This document shows, in pieces, positions 13,506-24,224 of a DNA stretch of 64,000 nucleotides. Origin of the DNA: Candidatus Latescibacterota bacterium. Lineage in GTDB: Bacteria > Latescibacterota > UBA2968 > UBA8231. A program made the translations under genes and the position numbers. A model generated the notes under the pieces. The model was not told the origin of the DNA and searched no databases. It worked only from the letters and a program-made list of their open reading frames with translations. Within the stretch, counting starts at the first letter, position 1. Every line of letters starts with the position of its first letter. The stretch covers positions 128,001 to 192,000 of the forward strand of contig CBDETY010000003.1 in the NCBI GenBank assembly GCA_965243025.1, written 5' to 3'.

Positions 13506-13707
13506 TTTCCCCTCCTGTTGGTGTGTGGCACCCCTGGCTGAGGGTGCCGGGCTCAAGGGATCTGTGGTAAATGAAAAGCTTTAGTTCCGTTTACAGACAG
13601 GAGTTTCGCAAAAGGAGCGCCGCCGCCACCCTGGTACTGCACCCTTGAGTACCCACGGGAGGTGGATTCTGCGGGCGGCGGCGGCAATCTCCGGCTCCTT
13701 GCCGCGG

Positions 13708-14046
13708 CTACAGGGCGCTGTCCCCGGTCTCACCGGTGCGGATGCGCACCGCCTGGTCGACCGGCACCACGAACACCTTGCCGTCGCCGACGTTTCCGGT
13801 CTGGGCGGCCTCGGCGATCTTCGACACCGCCCGGTCGCGCTCGTTCTCCCCGACCACGACCTCGACCTTGATCTTGGGAACGAAGTCGACGGCGTACTCG
13901 GCTCCCCGGTAGACCTCGCGGTGGCCGCGCTGGCGGCCGAACCCCCGCACCTCCAGCACCGACATTCCGGCGATACCGATTCCGGCGAGCCCCTCCTGGA
14001 CCTTCTCCAGGGCGTTGGGACGCAGGAACGCTTCGATCTTGTACAT
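13708..14046 (-). CDS. glnK: PII nitrogen regulatory protein
   Basis: GFGRQRGHREVYRGAEY, TGNVGDGKVFV, RIRTGE; 112 aa. Confidence 0.95.
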   Translation of the reverse strand: MYKIEAFLRPNALEKVQEGLAGIGIAGMSVLEVRGFGRQRGHREVYRGAEYAVDFVPKIKVEVVVGENERDRAVSKIAEAAQTGNVGDGKVFVVPVDQAVRIRTGETGDSAL

Positions 14047-14075
14047 GACTCTCTCCTCCCCGGGGACTAAGGCCT

Positions 14076-15482
14076 TCAGGCGGTTTCGGGTTTGACGCCG
14101 GCTCCTCGCGGGGCCGACTCAATGACAATTTTGCCGCCCTCGGCGGCCCCGGCCGCCTTGATCAGGGAATCCAGCGACTGGTCGTGGTAGGCCGCCATGC
14201 CGTGCTCGACGACGTCGAGGCCCTCCTCCTCGTCCTCCGGGGAGACCCTGAGGCCGACGGTGGCCTTGATTGCCGAGAACAGGGCGAGGGCAGCGGCGAA
14301 GGTGAACAGGAAGATGGCGCCGATACCGGTCAGCTGGGTGACGGCGCTGGCCGCCTCCCCGGGCCGGCAGAAGAAGGGAATGGCGCAGGCGAAGGTGCCC
14401 CAGGCCCCGCACACCCCGTGCACGGAGATGGCGCCCACCGGGTCGTCGACCTTGATCCTGTCGAAAAAGAGGACGGAGAAGACCACGATGACGCCGGCGA
14501 TGAACCCGGTAAGCAGTCCCCCGAACGGGGTCATGGTGTAGCAGCCGGCGGTGATTCCGACGAGGCCTGCCAGGGCGCCGTTGAGGGCCATGGATACGTC
14601 GGGCTTGCCGAAGCGGATCCAGCTGGTCGCCATGGCGCCGATTGCCCCGGCGGCCGCGGCGAGATTGGTGACGAAGGCGATGCGGGCGAAGTTGCCGCCG
14701 TCCATCGAGGTGGTCGAGCCGGCGTTGAAGCCGAACCACCCGAGCCAGAGGATGAACACCCCCATGGCGGCCAGCGGCATGCTGTGGCCGACGATGGCGT
14801 TGGCGCTGCCGTCGGCGTTGAACTTGCCCTTGCGGGCCCCGAGAACGATGGCCCCGGCAAGGGCCGCCCAGCCGCCGACGCTGTGGACGACGGTCGAGCC
14901 GGCGAAGTCGACGAACCCGAGCCCCTCGAGCCAGCCGCCCCCGTGCCAGAGGCCGCCCCATGCCCAGGAGCCGGTGATCGGATAGATGATTCCGGTGATT
15001 ACTACGCTGTATATCAAATAGGAGGAAAACCGGGTGCGCTCCGCCATGGCGCCCGAGACGATGGTCGCCGCGGTGGCCGCGAACACCGTCTGGAAGATCA
15101 GGAAGGAGTACATCCAGTTGGGATCTTCACCGAAGGCCTCGGCATCCGGGTTGGGGAAGAACTCCCCCCAGCCGAAGAGCCCGGTGGTGGCGCTGAACAT
15201 CAGCCCGAACCCGACGGCCCAGAAGGCGATGGCCCCGACGGAGAAGTCCATCAGGTTCTTCATCAGGATGTTGACGGTGTTCTTGGCGCGCGTGAACCCC
15301 GACTCGACGAGGGCGAATCCCGCCTGCATGAAGAACACGAGGAAGGCGGCTACGCAGGTCCAGTACCAGTCGATCTGGGACGCGAGTCCGGAGAGTTGAG
15401 TGGCGACGTCCGTGGTTTCGGCGGCGGCAGCGGCCGGCGCCATGGCCGCGGCCAGTGTCAGGGGAACGAGCAGGGTCCGCAT
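14076..15482 (-). CDS. amtB: Ammonium transporter
   Basis: FMQAGFALVESG, DFAGSTVVH, LWLGWFGFNAGS, DDPVGAISVHG. Confidence 0.97.
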   Translation of the reverse strand: MRTLLVPLTLAAAMAPAAAAAETTDVATQLSGLASQIDWYWTCVAAFLVFFMQAGFALVESGFTRAKNTVNILMKNLMDFSVGAIAFWAVGFGLMFSATTGLFGWGEFFPNPDAEAFGEDPNWMYSFLIFQTVFAATAATIVSGAMAERTRFSSYLIYSVVITGIIYPITGSWAWGGLWHGGGWLEGLGFVDFAGSTVVHSVGGWAALAGAIVLGARKGKFNADGSANAIVGHSMPLAAMGVFILWLGWFGFNAGSTTSMDGGNFARIAFVTNLAAAAGAIGAMATSWIRFGKPDVSMALNGALAGLVGITAGCYTMTPFGGLLTGFIAGVIVVFSVLFFDRIKVDDPVGAISVHGVCGAWGTFACAIPFFCRPGEAASAVTQLTGIGAIFLFTFAAALALFSAIKATVGLRVSPEDEEEGLDVVEHGMAAYHDQSLDSLIKAAGAAEGGKIVIESAPRGAGVKPETA

Positions 15483-15559
15483 TCCGGCTCCTTTCGATGC
15501 GGTTCGGAAAATGGTCTGGTGCGATCGCTATCGGGTTAACGATCTCAGCCACTTCGGAA

Positions 15560-15575
15560 TGCAAACGCGGTGCCA
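15560..15575 (-). promoter_or_regulatory. Sigma54 promoter of amtB-glnK
   Basis: Minus strand TGGCACCGCGTTTGCA, consensus match. Confidence 0.9.
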
Positions 15576-15668
15576 GGCGCCCGAGTGTTCGATGCCGGGA
15601 AACACAAGTAGCGTGTTTACAACAGGTTGTCTTCGATTTTCTACAGCTTTGGAGGCAGTGGAATCAAG

Positions 15669-15712
15669 CAACAATCATGTTACAATTGGATTTTTTGGCG
15701 ACAAAAATGTAG
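15669..15712. promoter_or_regulatory. Paired enhancer sites (ACA-N4-TGT x2, 30 bp apart)
   Basis: cAACAATCATGTTa (15669) and cGACAAAAATGTAg (15699). Confidence 0.7.
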
Positions 15713-15780
15713 GAACACGGAGCTGTACTGATTGCGGGGATGGATCGGTGCCGGATGCAAGTATCCCTGCGGCGGGGCAC

Positions 15781-17340
<1,560 letters not shown>

Positions 17341-17380
17341 TCAGTAGAGAACCCGATTGTCGAGAACCGGATTCGGCGGA

Positions 17381-17424
17381 CGACAAAATCGTAGATAAAC
17401 GAAAATTTAACTACAAAAGTGTAT
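17381..17424. promoter_or_regulatory. Paired operator sites (30 bp apart) just downstream of the activator's own promoter
   Basis: cGACAAAATCGTAg (17381, one mismatch) and cTACAAAAGTGTAt (17411). Confidence 0.65.
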
Positions 17425-17430
17425 TATTCC

Positions 17431-17459
17431 AGGATAGGGGCGAAGCCGGAGGAGGTCAA
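17431..17459 (-). promoter_or_regulatory. Sigma70 promoter of the NifA-like gene
   Basis: TTGACC-N17-TATCCT on minus strand. Confidence 0.6.
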
Positions 17460-17479
17460 GCGGGGGAGGCTGCAGCCGG

Positions 17480-17508
17480 TTGACTTTTGCCAGGCGCCGG
17501 GATATCGT
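17480..17508 (+). promoter_or_regulatory. Sigma70 promoter
   Basis: TTGACT-N17-TATCGT. Confidence 0.55.
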
Positions 17509-17554
17509 AACGCAGTCGCTGCAACAGGACCGGTGCTACCTCGCAGGTGATGCC

Positions 17555-18319
17555 ATGGATATGGACAAGGATCTGCTCAAGCTGCTCGACAACTGGGAGT
17601 ACGATCCGGACTCGAACGTCCGCAAGATTGTCGGCGACGACGGCATTCAGAAGATCCAGGTGCGGGTCGACCAGGGGGCCTTCCAGGGCATCCTGCAGCT
17701 GAATCTCGACGGCCGGCCCGACGGCAAGCGGCCCCACGATTCCGACTTCGCCCTCGACCACTACCGCGGCGCCCTCGAGAGCCACCGCAGCCGCAACTCC
17801 GGGCGCGACGAGGGGTTCAACCTCGGCCGCGAAAGCTGCCAGGAGCTGTTCGACGAGGGGGCCCGCGTGTACGGCCGCTACGTCTTCCTGCTGCAGCTCA
17901 AGGACTACGGCCGCGTCATCAGGGACACCGAGCGCAACATGGAGCTGTTCCGCTTCGTGCACCGCTACGCCTCGCACGAAGACGACCGCATGAACCTGCA
18001 GAAGTGGTGGCCCTACGTCCTGCGCATCCACGCGACCGCCAAGGCGATGCTCGCCGCCCGCAACGGCGATTACGACGAGGCCATCGCCCGGGTCCACCGG
18101 GCCCGCGAGGAGATCGAGGAGCTGCCGGAGGTCGAGGCGGAGGAGTTCTTCGCCGAGAAGGAACGCTCGCAGCAGGCCCTCGACGAGCTCGAAGAGGAGC
18201 TGCGGGAGAACAAGCCGCTGAGCAAGGAAGAAAAGCTCAAGCGGGCCCTTCAGGAGGCGGTCGAGCGCGAGGACTTCGAGCGCGCCGCCGACATCCGCGA
18301 CCGCCTAAAGGGGCTGTAG
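17555..18319 (+). CDS. UVR (UvrB/UvrC motif) domain protein, paralog 1
   Basis: KIQVRVD...DGRPDGKRPH N-domain; C-terminal LQEAVEREDFERAADIRDRL. Confidence 0.75.
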   Translation: MDMDKDLLKLLDNWEYDPDSNVRKIVGDDGIQKIQVRVDQGAFQGILQLNLDGRPDGKRPHDSDFALDHYRGALESHRSRNSGRDEGFNLGRESCQELFDEGARVYGRYVFLLQLKDYGRVIRDTERNMELFRFVHRYASHEDDRMNLQKWWPYVLRIHATAKAMLAARNGDYDEAIARVHRAREEIEELPEVEAEEFFAEKERSQQALDELEEELRENKPLSKEEKLKRALQEAVEREDFERAADIRDRLKGL

Positions 18320-18553
18320 CCCGCCTCCCGGTCCCGGAACCCGACCCCGACGAAATCCCGCCGCCCCGGGTGCCCGGGGCCGGACCCTGCCCGGAGGGCG
18401 CCTCCACAAACGGCGCGCCGAAGCATCCGGCGCGGCTGCGTACATTTGGAAGGGAGCTGGGAAGCAGACAGGCGCAAGGCAGTGAAGACCCGGTAGCCGC
18501 CCGAGGCCGGTCCGTTCGGCAACGGCAGCCGCCGGGAGAATCAGAGGTTCCTG

Positions 18554-19903
18554 ATGAGAACCCTGGACAACCTGAAACCCGGACCGGGCCGCCGGGAGGA
18601 ACGCCGCCGGCTCGTCTGGATGTTCGCCCTCTCCTTCGCCCTCCACCTGCTGCCGTTCGCCCTCTGGAAACCCGGCCCTCCTGCGGCGCCGCTGCCGGTC
18701 CTGCAGGAGGAGAAGTTCGTCAAGCGTTCGCTGCCCCTGCGCCGGCCGCTGGAGCGCTCGCGGCTCCCGAAGAAGATGCAGCGTCCCCTGGTGCGGAGGC
18801 CGGCCCTGCGGCCCGCCCCGGCCGCGGCGGCCAGCCCGGTGCCGCTGACCACCCGGCGGCAGGGATTGCAGGGTCTGCCGATCCCCATCGTCGAGGCCCC
18901 GAGGCCGGCGACCGAACCGCTCGTCCTCCTTCCGGCGCTGCCCGACCGCCGCATCGGCCCCTCGCTACAGCCCGGGGCGGTGACCGGGTCCCGCACCGGC
19001 GAGGAGGAGATCGACCTCGGCCTCGAGATGATGGACGTCGAGGCGCTCGACACCGGCGGCCACCGCAGCGTCGTGGTCGTCGATCCCGCCGACAGGACCG
19101 CTTTGAAGGGGTTCCTGTACCTGTCGGGGGTGTACAGCGAATCGATGGAGCGCGCCGAGGAGGCCTCGGGCCGGCCGCGCAGCGGCTTCGTCTCCCGCCG
19201 CGTCGCCGAGCGCCGCAGCCTGCACGGCCTGTCCGACAAGATGACCGAGCACACCGGGGTGCGCACCGAGGTCCTCGACGGCCTCTCCCTCGACGACGCG
19301 CGGCTCCTCGGGGTGCCGTTCCTGTTGTTGACCAGCACCTTCACCTTCCCCTTCACCGACTCCGAGGCCCGCAACCTCGGCCGCTACCTGACCTCGGGGG
19401 GCTTCGTCTTCGCCGACGTCGCCGACCGGGGCGGGCGGCCGCTCAAGGGAAACTACGACCTGCCGGCGCTGCGCAGCTTCATCCGCGCCGCCTTTTCCCG
19501 GGTCGGCTTCAGGGAGGGAAAGGACTGGGGTTTCGCGCGCCTCGAGATGTCCCACCCCGTCTACCGCTGCTTCTTCGACATCGACACCCTGCCGGGGGGC
19601 TTCAGGGACAAGCGCCGGTACGACTCCTACCACACCCCGGATTTCGATCCGTCGCCGGACTACCTGGAGGGGATCGAGGTCGGCGGCCGCCTCGCCGGCA
19701 TCTACTCCATGAAGAACTACACCGATTTCTGGGGAGGGGAGGCGGAACGCATCAGGGAGGAGGATGAGGCGGGGAACATAGCGGGCAAGTTCACCATCAG
19801 CGCGGAGGAGCTCTCCGCGTACGAGCTCGGGATCAACATCCTGGTCTACGCCCTGACCCGGGAGGGGACCCTGGCGCAGAAGCTGGTGGCGGTGGAGGAA
19901 TAG
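18554..19903 (+). CDS. DUF4159-domain protein with N-terminal TM and Pro-rich linker
   Basis: NLGRYLTSGGFVFAD, HPVYRCFF, LEGIEVGGRLAGIYS, GINILVYALT. Confidence 0.75.
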   Translation: MRTLDNLKPGPGRREERRRLVWMFALSFALHLLPFALWKPGPPAAPLPVLQEEKFVKRSLPLRRPLERSRLPKKMQRPLVRRPALRPAPAAAASPVPLTTRRQGLQGLPIPIVEAPRPATEPLVLLPALPDRRIGPSLQPGAVTGSRTGEEEIDLGLEMMDVEALDTGGHRSVVVVDPADRTALKGFLYLSGVYSESMERAEEASGRPRSGFVSRRVAERRSLHGLSDKMTEHTGVRTEVLDGLSLDDARLLGVPFLLLTSTFTFPFTDSEARNLGRYLTSGGFVFADVADRGGRPLKGNYDLPALRSFIRAAFSRVGFREGKDWGFARLEMSHPVYRCFFDIDTLPGGFRDKRRYDSYHTPDFDPSPDYLEGIEVGGRLAGIYSMKNYTDFWGGEAERIREEDEAGNIAGKFTISAEELSAYELGINILVYALTREGTLAQKLVAVEE

Positions 19904-19905
19904 GC

Positions 19906-21588
19906 ATGCCGGACCGGAACTGCAGGGGGGCGGCCGGCCGGGCATGCGGCGCCCTGGTTCTCTGCCTGGCCTGGGGTGAGGCAGAGGCCGATCGGTGGAC
20001 CCTGCGGGGCGAGGACGGCTTCGGGCCGGGAACCTTCTTCGGCACCGAGGTCGACAGCCTCGGCCGTCTCTCCCTCACCTCCCTGCGCGGAGCCAACCTC
20101 GCCCTGGGGGTGACCGGGAGGTCGGGCGAGAACAGCCTGAGCGGTTCCCGAAGCGTCACCGACGGCAGCACCGACACGGAGTGGCGTTTCAACAACCGCG
20201 CCGAGCTGCTGGGGGAATCGATAAGCCTCGACCTGGGGGGCGACCGCGGCATCACCCGGGTGCGCATCCTTCCCGGCAAGACCATTGACCAGCGCCCCCG
20301 CTTCTTCCTCAAGGGGTACCGCCTCGAGGCCGCCGCCGAATCCGCCCCCGACGACTGGGTGCTGGTGGCACGGCAGATCGAGAACACCCGTCCCGTCGTC
20401 GACACCGCTGCGGACTCGACCTGGCTCGAAGTGGACGCCGGGGGAACGCCCCTGCCGGTGCTCGGCCGCTTCCTCCGCCTGCGCGTCGCCCGCGAGGAGC
20501 CGCCGGACTGGGTGACCGTCGGGGAGATCGAGGTGTTCGGGGAGGGGTACCGCGCCGACGGGTCCTACGAGTCGCAGGTGCTCGACGCCGGGGAGCCCGT
20601 CAACTTCGGCCGCGCCCGCATCCGGGGACGCGAGGGGGCGGCCACCGGCCTGTTCGCCCAGTTCCGCACGGCGCGGGACAGCGCGGACTGGTCTCCGTGG
20701 CACCGCGCCCGCCGCTGGAGCCTCGCCGAAGGGATCGAAGGCGTCGAGTTGAAGGAGCCGGAGCCGGCCCGGTTCCTCCAGTACCGGGTGAGCATGGAGA
20801 CTGCGGACCCGCTGGCGGCGCCGGTCCTCGAGCAGTTGGAGGTCGATTTCGAGCGCCGCCTGTTCGCCGCCTCGGTGCGGGCGGAGATCGAGCCGCGGCG
20901 CCCCGTCCTCGGGGAGGAGACGGTCTTCACCTATTCCTGCCGGGTCGAGGTCGGGGAGGAGGACCTCGGCTTCGACCGCATCCGCATCGACCTGCCGGGG
21001 GAGGTGCTCGGGGTGCGCTTCGACGGCGTCCCGTTCAGCGGGGATTCCTACAGGTGGTCCCGGGACGAACGCTCCCTGCACCTGTGGCTCGACCCCGCCG
21101 GCCGGATCGCCTCCGGCGGCCTGCTCGAGGTCGATTTCGCCGGCGTGCTGCTGCGCCCGACGCGCGCGGTCGGCGCCGGCGTCGCCGTCGGCGGCCCGGA
21201 GCCGCCGAACTTCCAGCAGGTCGAGCCGGCCGCCGAGGAGGCCCTGACCCTGGTGGGACGGGGCATCGTCGCGCGCGCCCTGCCTCGGGCCGGAATCCGC
21301 ATTACCCCCAATCCCTTCAACCCCGCGCGCGGGCCCGCGCGCATCCGCTTCGATCTCGCCAAGGTGGGGATGGCGCGGCCGGTGAGCGTATCCGTCCACG
21401 ATCTCTCCGGGCGGCTCGTGCGCAGGCTGTGGGACCGCCGGCCCGCTGCGTCGGGCCGCAAGCTGGTCGAATGGGACGGCCGCGACGACGCCGGCTCTCT
21501 GGCCGTCCCCGGGATCTACCTCCTCAGGATCGAGGTCGCAGCCGACGTCGGCGACGCCTGGCAAGGCGCCATAGGGGTGCTGTATTGA
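19906..21588 (+). CDS. Secreted protein, discoidin-like N-domain and C-terminal FlgD-Ig domain
   Basis: Signal ending AEA; RFLRLR...GEIEVFGEG; PNPFNP...HDLSGRLVRRL...WDGRDDAG...PGIYLL. Confidence 0.7.
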   Translation: MPDRNCRGAAGRACGALVLCLAWGEAEADRWTLRGEDGFGPGTFFGTEVDSLGRLSLTSLRGANLALGVTGRSGENSLSGSRSVTDGSTDTEWRFNNRAELLGESISLDLGGDRGITRVRILPGKTIDQRPRFFLKGYRLEAAAESAPDDWVLVARQIENTRPVVDTAADSTWLEVDAGGTPLPVLGRFLRLRVAREEPPDWVTVGEIEVFGEGYRADGSYESQVLDAGEPVNFGRARIRGREGAATGLFAQFRTARDSADWSPWHRARRWSLAEGIEGVELKEPEPARFLQYRVSMETADPLAAPVLEQLEVDFERRLFAASVRAEIEPRRPVLGEETVFTYSCRVEVGEEDLGFDRIRIDLPGEVLGVRFDGVPFSGDSYRWSRDERSLHLWLDPAGRIASGGLLEVDFAGVLLRPTRAVGAGVAVGGPEPPNFQQVEPAAEEALTLVGRGIVARALPRAGIRITPNPFNPARGPARIRFDLAKVGMARPVSVSVHDLSGRLVRRLWDRRPAASGRKLVEWDGRDDAGSLAVPGIYLLRIEVAADVGDAWQGAIGVLY

Positions 21589-24224
21589 CCGCCCCGGCCG
21601 CCCTCCTCCTCCGCCTCCGGCTCGCCCTGGGTGGGCTGGCGCTCGCCCTGTTTCCGGCCGGCGCCGACCTGCCGGACGCCGAGCCTTCGACCGACTTTCT
21701 GCGCCGCCCTCTGCCGTTTCAGTACACCAACTACGGGGAGGAGCTCTACCGCCCCTACCGCCGGCAGATCCGGCTCGCCCAGCGCTACGACCACCTGGGG
21801 AACTTCCTCGCCGAGGGGTTCCTCGTCTACGAGGTGGACGAGCGGCGGCCCGGCAGCAGCCGCATCCGCAAGGACCCCCTGTACCGGTCGCTCAACAACC
21901 TCGTGATCTCCTACGACAGCTTCGGCCCCTGGAACTGGGCGCTGACCATCGGCGACGAGGTGCGCACCGAGATCACCCCCCTGACCTTCCGACAGGCCGG
22001 CTTCAACGGCCTGCGCTGGGACCTGGTGTTCCCCGGCAACAAGATCACCCTGATGACCTCCCGGGGCTTCGACGCGGAGGACTTTCCGACCCTGAGGACG
22101 TTCTCGTCTCCCCTGCCTGACTTCCTCACCCTGACCGCGGAGTTCATCGAGGAGGAGGAGGTCAACCCGGTGATGAACTTCGTCGGCCACTGGGAGACCC
22201 GGGTCGGGGATGTCCTGCGGTTCGGAACCACCCTCGTCAACCAGCACCAGGTCAACGCCGGGCGCAGCGGCGAGGGGGGGTTCCTGCGCGGCAGCATCCC
22301 CTACCCGGAGATGCAGACCCCGCACGAGATCGCCGTGCGCGTCAGGGACGACTCCCCGGAGACCGGGTCGGCCGGCGCCGTCGTGTACGGCGTCTTCATC
22401 GACGTCGAGGGGGTCGGCGAGGAGGGGGAGGAGGGGGCCAGCAGCGACCCGGACAGTCCCCTGTTCGATCCGGCGCTGACCCCCGAGGTGGTCGGTGGCC
22501 GCCGCGGGGACGGCTACCTCGAGGTGCGCGGCGACGAGGCCGTCGAGTTCTTCTTCCCGGTGCCGGAGAGCTACTCCCCGAGGGGGGTGACGGTGCGCGC
22601 CGTGGTCGCCAACGACTACCGCATCGAGCTGGCCCAGGAGCACAAGTTCTTCTCGGTTCTCGACGACCGCTTCGAGCCGCGGCGCATCCCCTACCGGACC
22701 GTCTCCAGGGCCCCCGGGGAGGTCGCCGACTTCAGCAACCGCGACGCCGTCCGCTTCGAGCACAGCCTGCCGACGGGCCAGACCCTCTACGGCTTCGACT
22801 TCAAGGCCCAGTTCGTCGGCCTGGAGGTGACCGGGGAGTACGAGCGCAACCTCCTCTACCGCCGTTTCCCCGTGCTGGGGGGCCGCAAGGAGACCGGCCG
22901 CGCCGGGGCCTGGTACGTGACCGCGCTCAGGGACCTCGCCTTCCTCGAGCTCGGCGGCGAGCTGTTCCGCCTCGACCCGGAGTACGGCGGCGGCTACGAC
23001 AGCCGGCGGGGCGGCATCCTCCTCTACACGGACAAGGCGGGCAGGGCCGGGGACATCAGCATGCTGTCGGAGTTTCCCATCGTCGACGACAACGACGACG
23101 ACGACCGCTACGCCGACGACAACCGGCACGACTACCCCAACGCGTCCGAGACCGAGTCGGGGGTGTTCCCCGGCCTCGACAAGGACCACGACAACATCCC
23201 CGACGACGACAGGAACGCCAACGGCGTGCCGGATTTCGAAGAGCCGTTCCTGCTCTACGGGTCCGATCCGCAGGAGTTCGTCTACGGCGTCGACGCCAAC
23301 AACAACGGCGTCATCGACGAGCGCGAGAACGACGACAAGCCCGACTACCCCTACGACCGCGACCGCAAGGGGGGCCACCTGTTCCTGGCGCTGCCGGACT
23401 GGAGAGGCATTTCGGGCGCGGCCGGGCTCTACCGCCAGGAGCAGATCGCCGGCCCGGGGCGCGCCGAATCACGCTACCTGCGCGGCGCCTGGCGCTTCGA
23501 CGTGCCGCGCTGGGCGCGGATCGAGCTCAACCACGACACCAAGCGGGTGTGGGACACGATTCCCGACCCGGTCTTCGTCTTCCGCCCCGGCGAGAACAAC
23601 AACCCCGACCGGCCGCCGTCGCCCGACCCCCTCGACATGGCCGACTCCTGGGTGCACACCAGCTTCGCCGGAACCCGGCTGACGCGGTTCGCCTCGCTTC
23701 ACGTCGAGAACAACCTGCAGTGGGTCCTCAACCGCCAGCTCGACAGGAGCGACCGCCTGCAGACGATCACCATGGTCAACAAGGCGGACTGGACCTGGAG
23801 CCGGGGGCCTGCGGCGGTGCGGCCGATGTTCAAGCACCTGCTCAAGCACGTTGCCCGGGACCGCCGCCGCCGCGCCGTCGAGTCCTGGAACCAGGTCGTT
23901 CCGATCCTGAGGATCGACGTCAACCTGACCGAGAGCACCTCCATCCAGTTCGGGCAGCAGGGGATCGGCATCCCCTTCACCGCGGTCACGGCGCCGCTGC
24001 TGGCCGCCCGCCGCATCGACCGGGTCGACCGCTCCCGGCAGCTCGAGTCGGTCGACTCGGTGCTGATGTTCACCGTCAAGGGCAACTACCAGGGGTACGA
24101 CATCGTCTCCAACACCGGCTTCCAGCGCCGCAACGAGGAGTACGCCGACCCCGCGGTGGCGCGCACCCGGGACGGGGGCCTGTCCCGCTTCTTCATTTCG
24201 CTCATCGCCGGGTACGACCGCTGA
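21585..24224 (+). CDS. Large exported, probably outer-membrane protein with Asp-rich Ca-binding (TSP3-like) repeats
   Basis: TTG 21585 overlaps the previous stop; signal peptide; DNDDDDRYADD, DKDHDNIPDDDRNANGVPD, DANNNGVIDE; alternating-residue C-terminus RFFISLIAGY. Confidence 0.65.
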   Translation: MTAPAALLLRLRLALGGLALALFPAGADLPDAEPSTDFLRRPLPFQYTNYGEELYRPYRRQIRLAQRYDHLGNFLAEGFLVYEVDERRPGSSRIRKDPLYRSLNNLVISYDSFGPWNWALTIGDEVRTEITPLTFRQAGFNGLRWDLVFPGNKITLMTSRGFDAEDFPTLRTFSSPLPDFLTLTAEFIEEEEVNPVMNFVGHWETRVGDVLRFGTTLVNQHQVNAGRSGEGGFLRGSIPYPEMQTPHEIAVRVRDDSPETGSAGAVVYGVFIDVEGVGEEGEEGASSDPDSPLFDPALTPEVVGGRRGDGYLEVRGDEAVEFFFPVPESYSPRGVTVRAVVANDYRIELAQEHKFFSVLDDRFEPRRIPYRTVSRAPGEVADFSNRDAVRFEHSLPTGQTLYGFDFKAQFVGLEVTGEYERNLLYRRFPVLGGRKETGRAGAWYVTALRDLAFLELGGELFRLDPEYGGGYDSRRGGILLYTDKAGRAGDISMLSEFPIVDDNDDDDRYADDNRHDYPNASETESGVFPGLDKDHDNIPDDDRNANGVPDFEEPFLLYGSDPQEFVYGVDANNNGVIDERENDDKPDYPYDRDRKGGHLFLALPDWRGISGAAGLYRQEQIAGPGRAESRYLRGAWRFDVPRWARIELNHDTKRVWDTIPDPVFVFRPGENNNPDRPPSPDPLDMADSWVHTSFAGTRLTRFASLHVENNLQWVLNRQLDRSDRLQTITMVNKADWTWSRGPAAVRPMFKHLLKHVARDRRRRAVESWNQVVPILRIDVNLTESTSIQFGQQGIGIPFTAVTAPLLAARRIDRVDRSRQLESVDSVLMFTVKGNYQGYDIVSNTGFQRRNEEYADPAVARTRDGGLSRFFISLIAGYDR

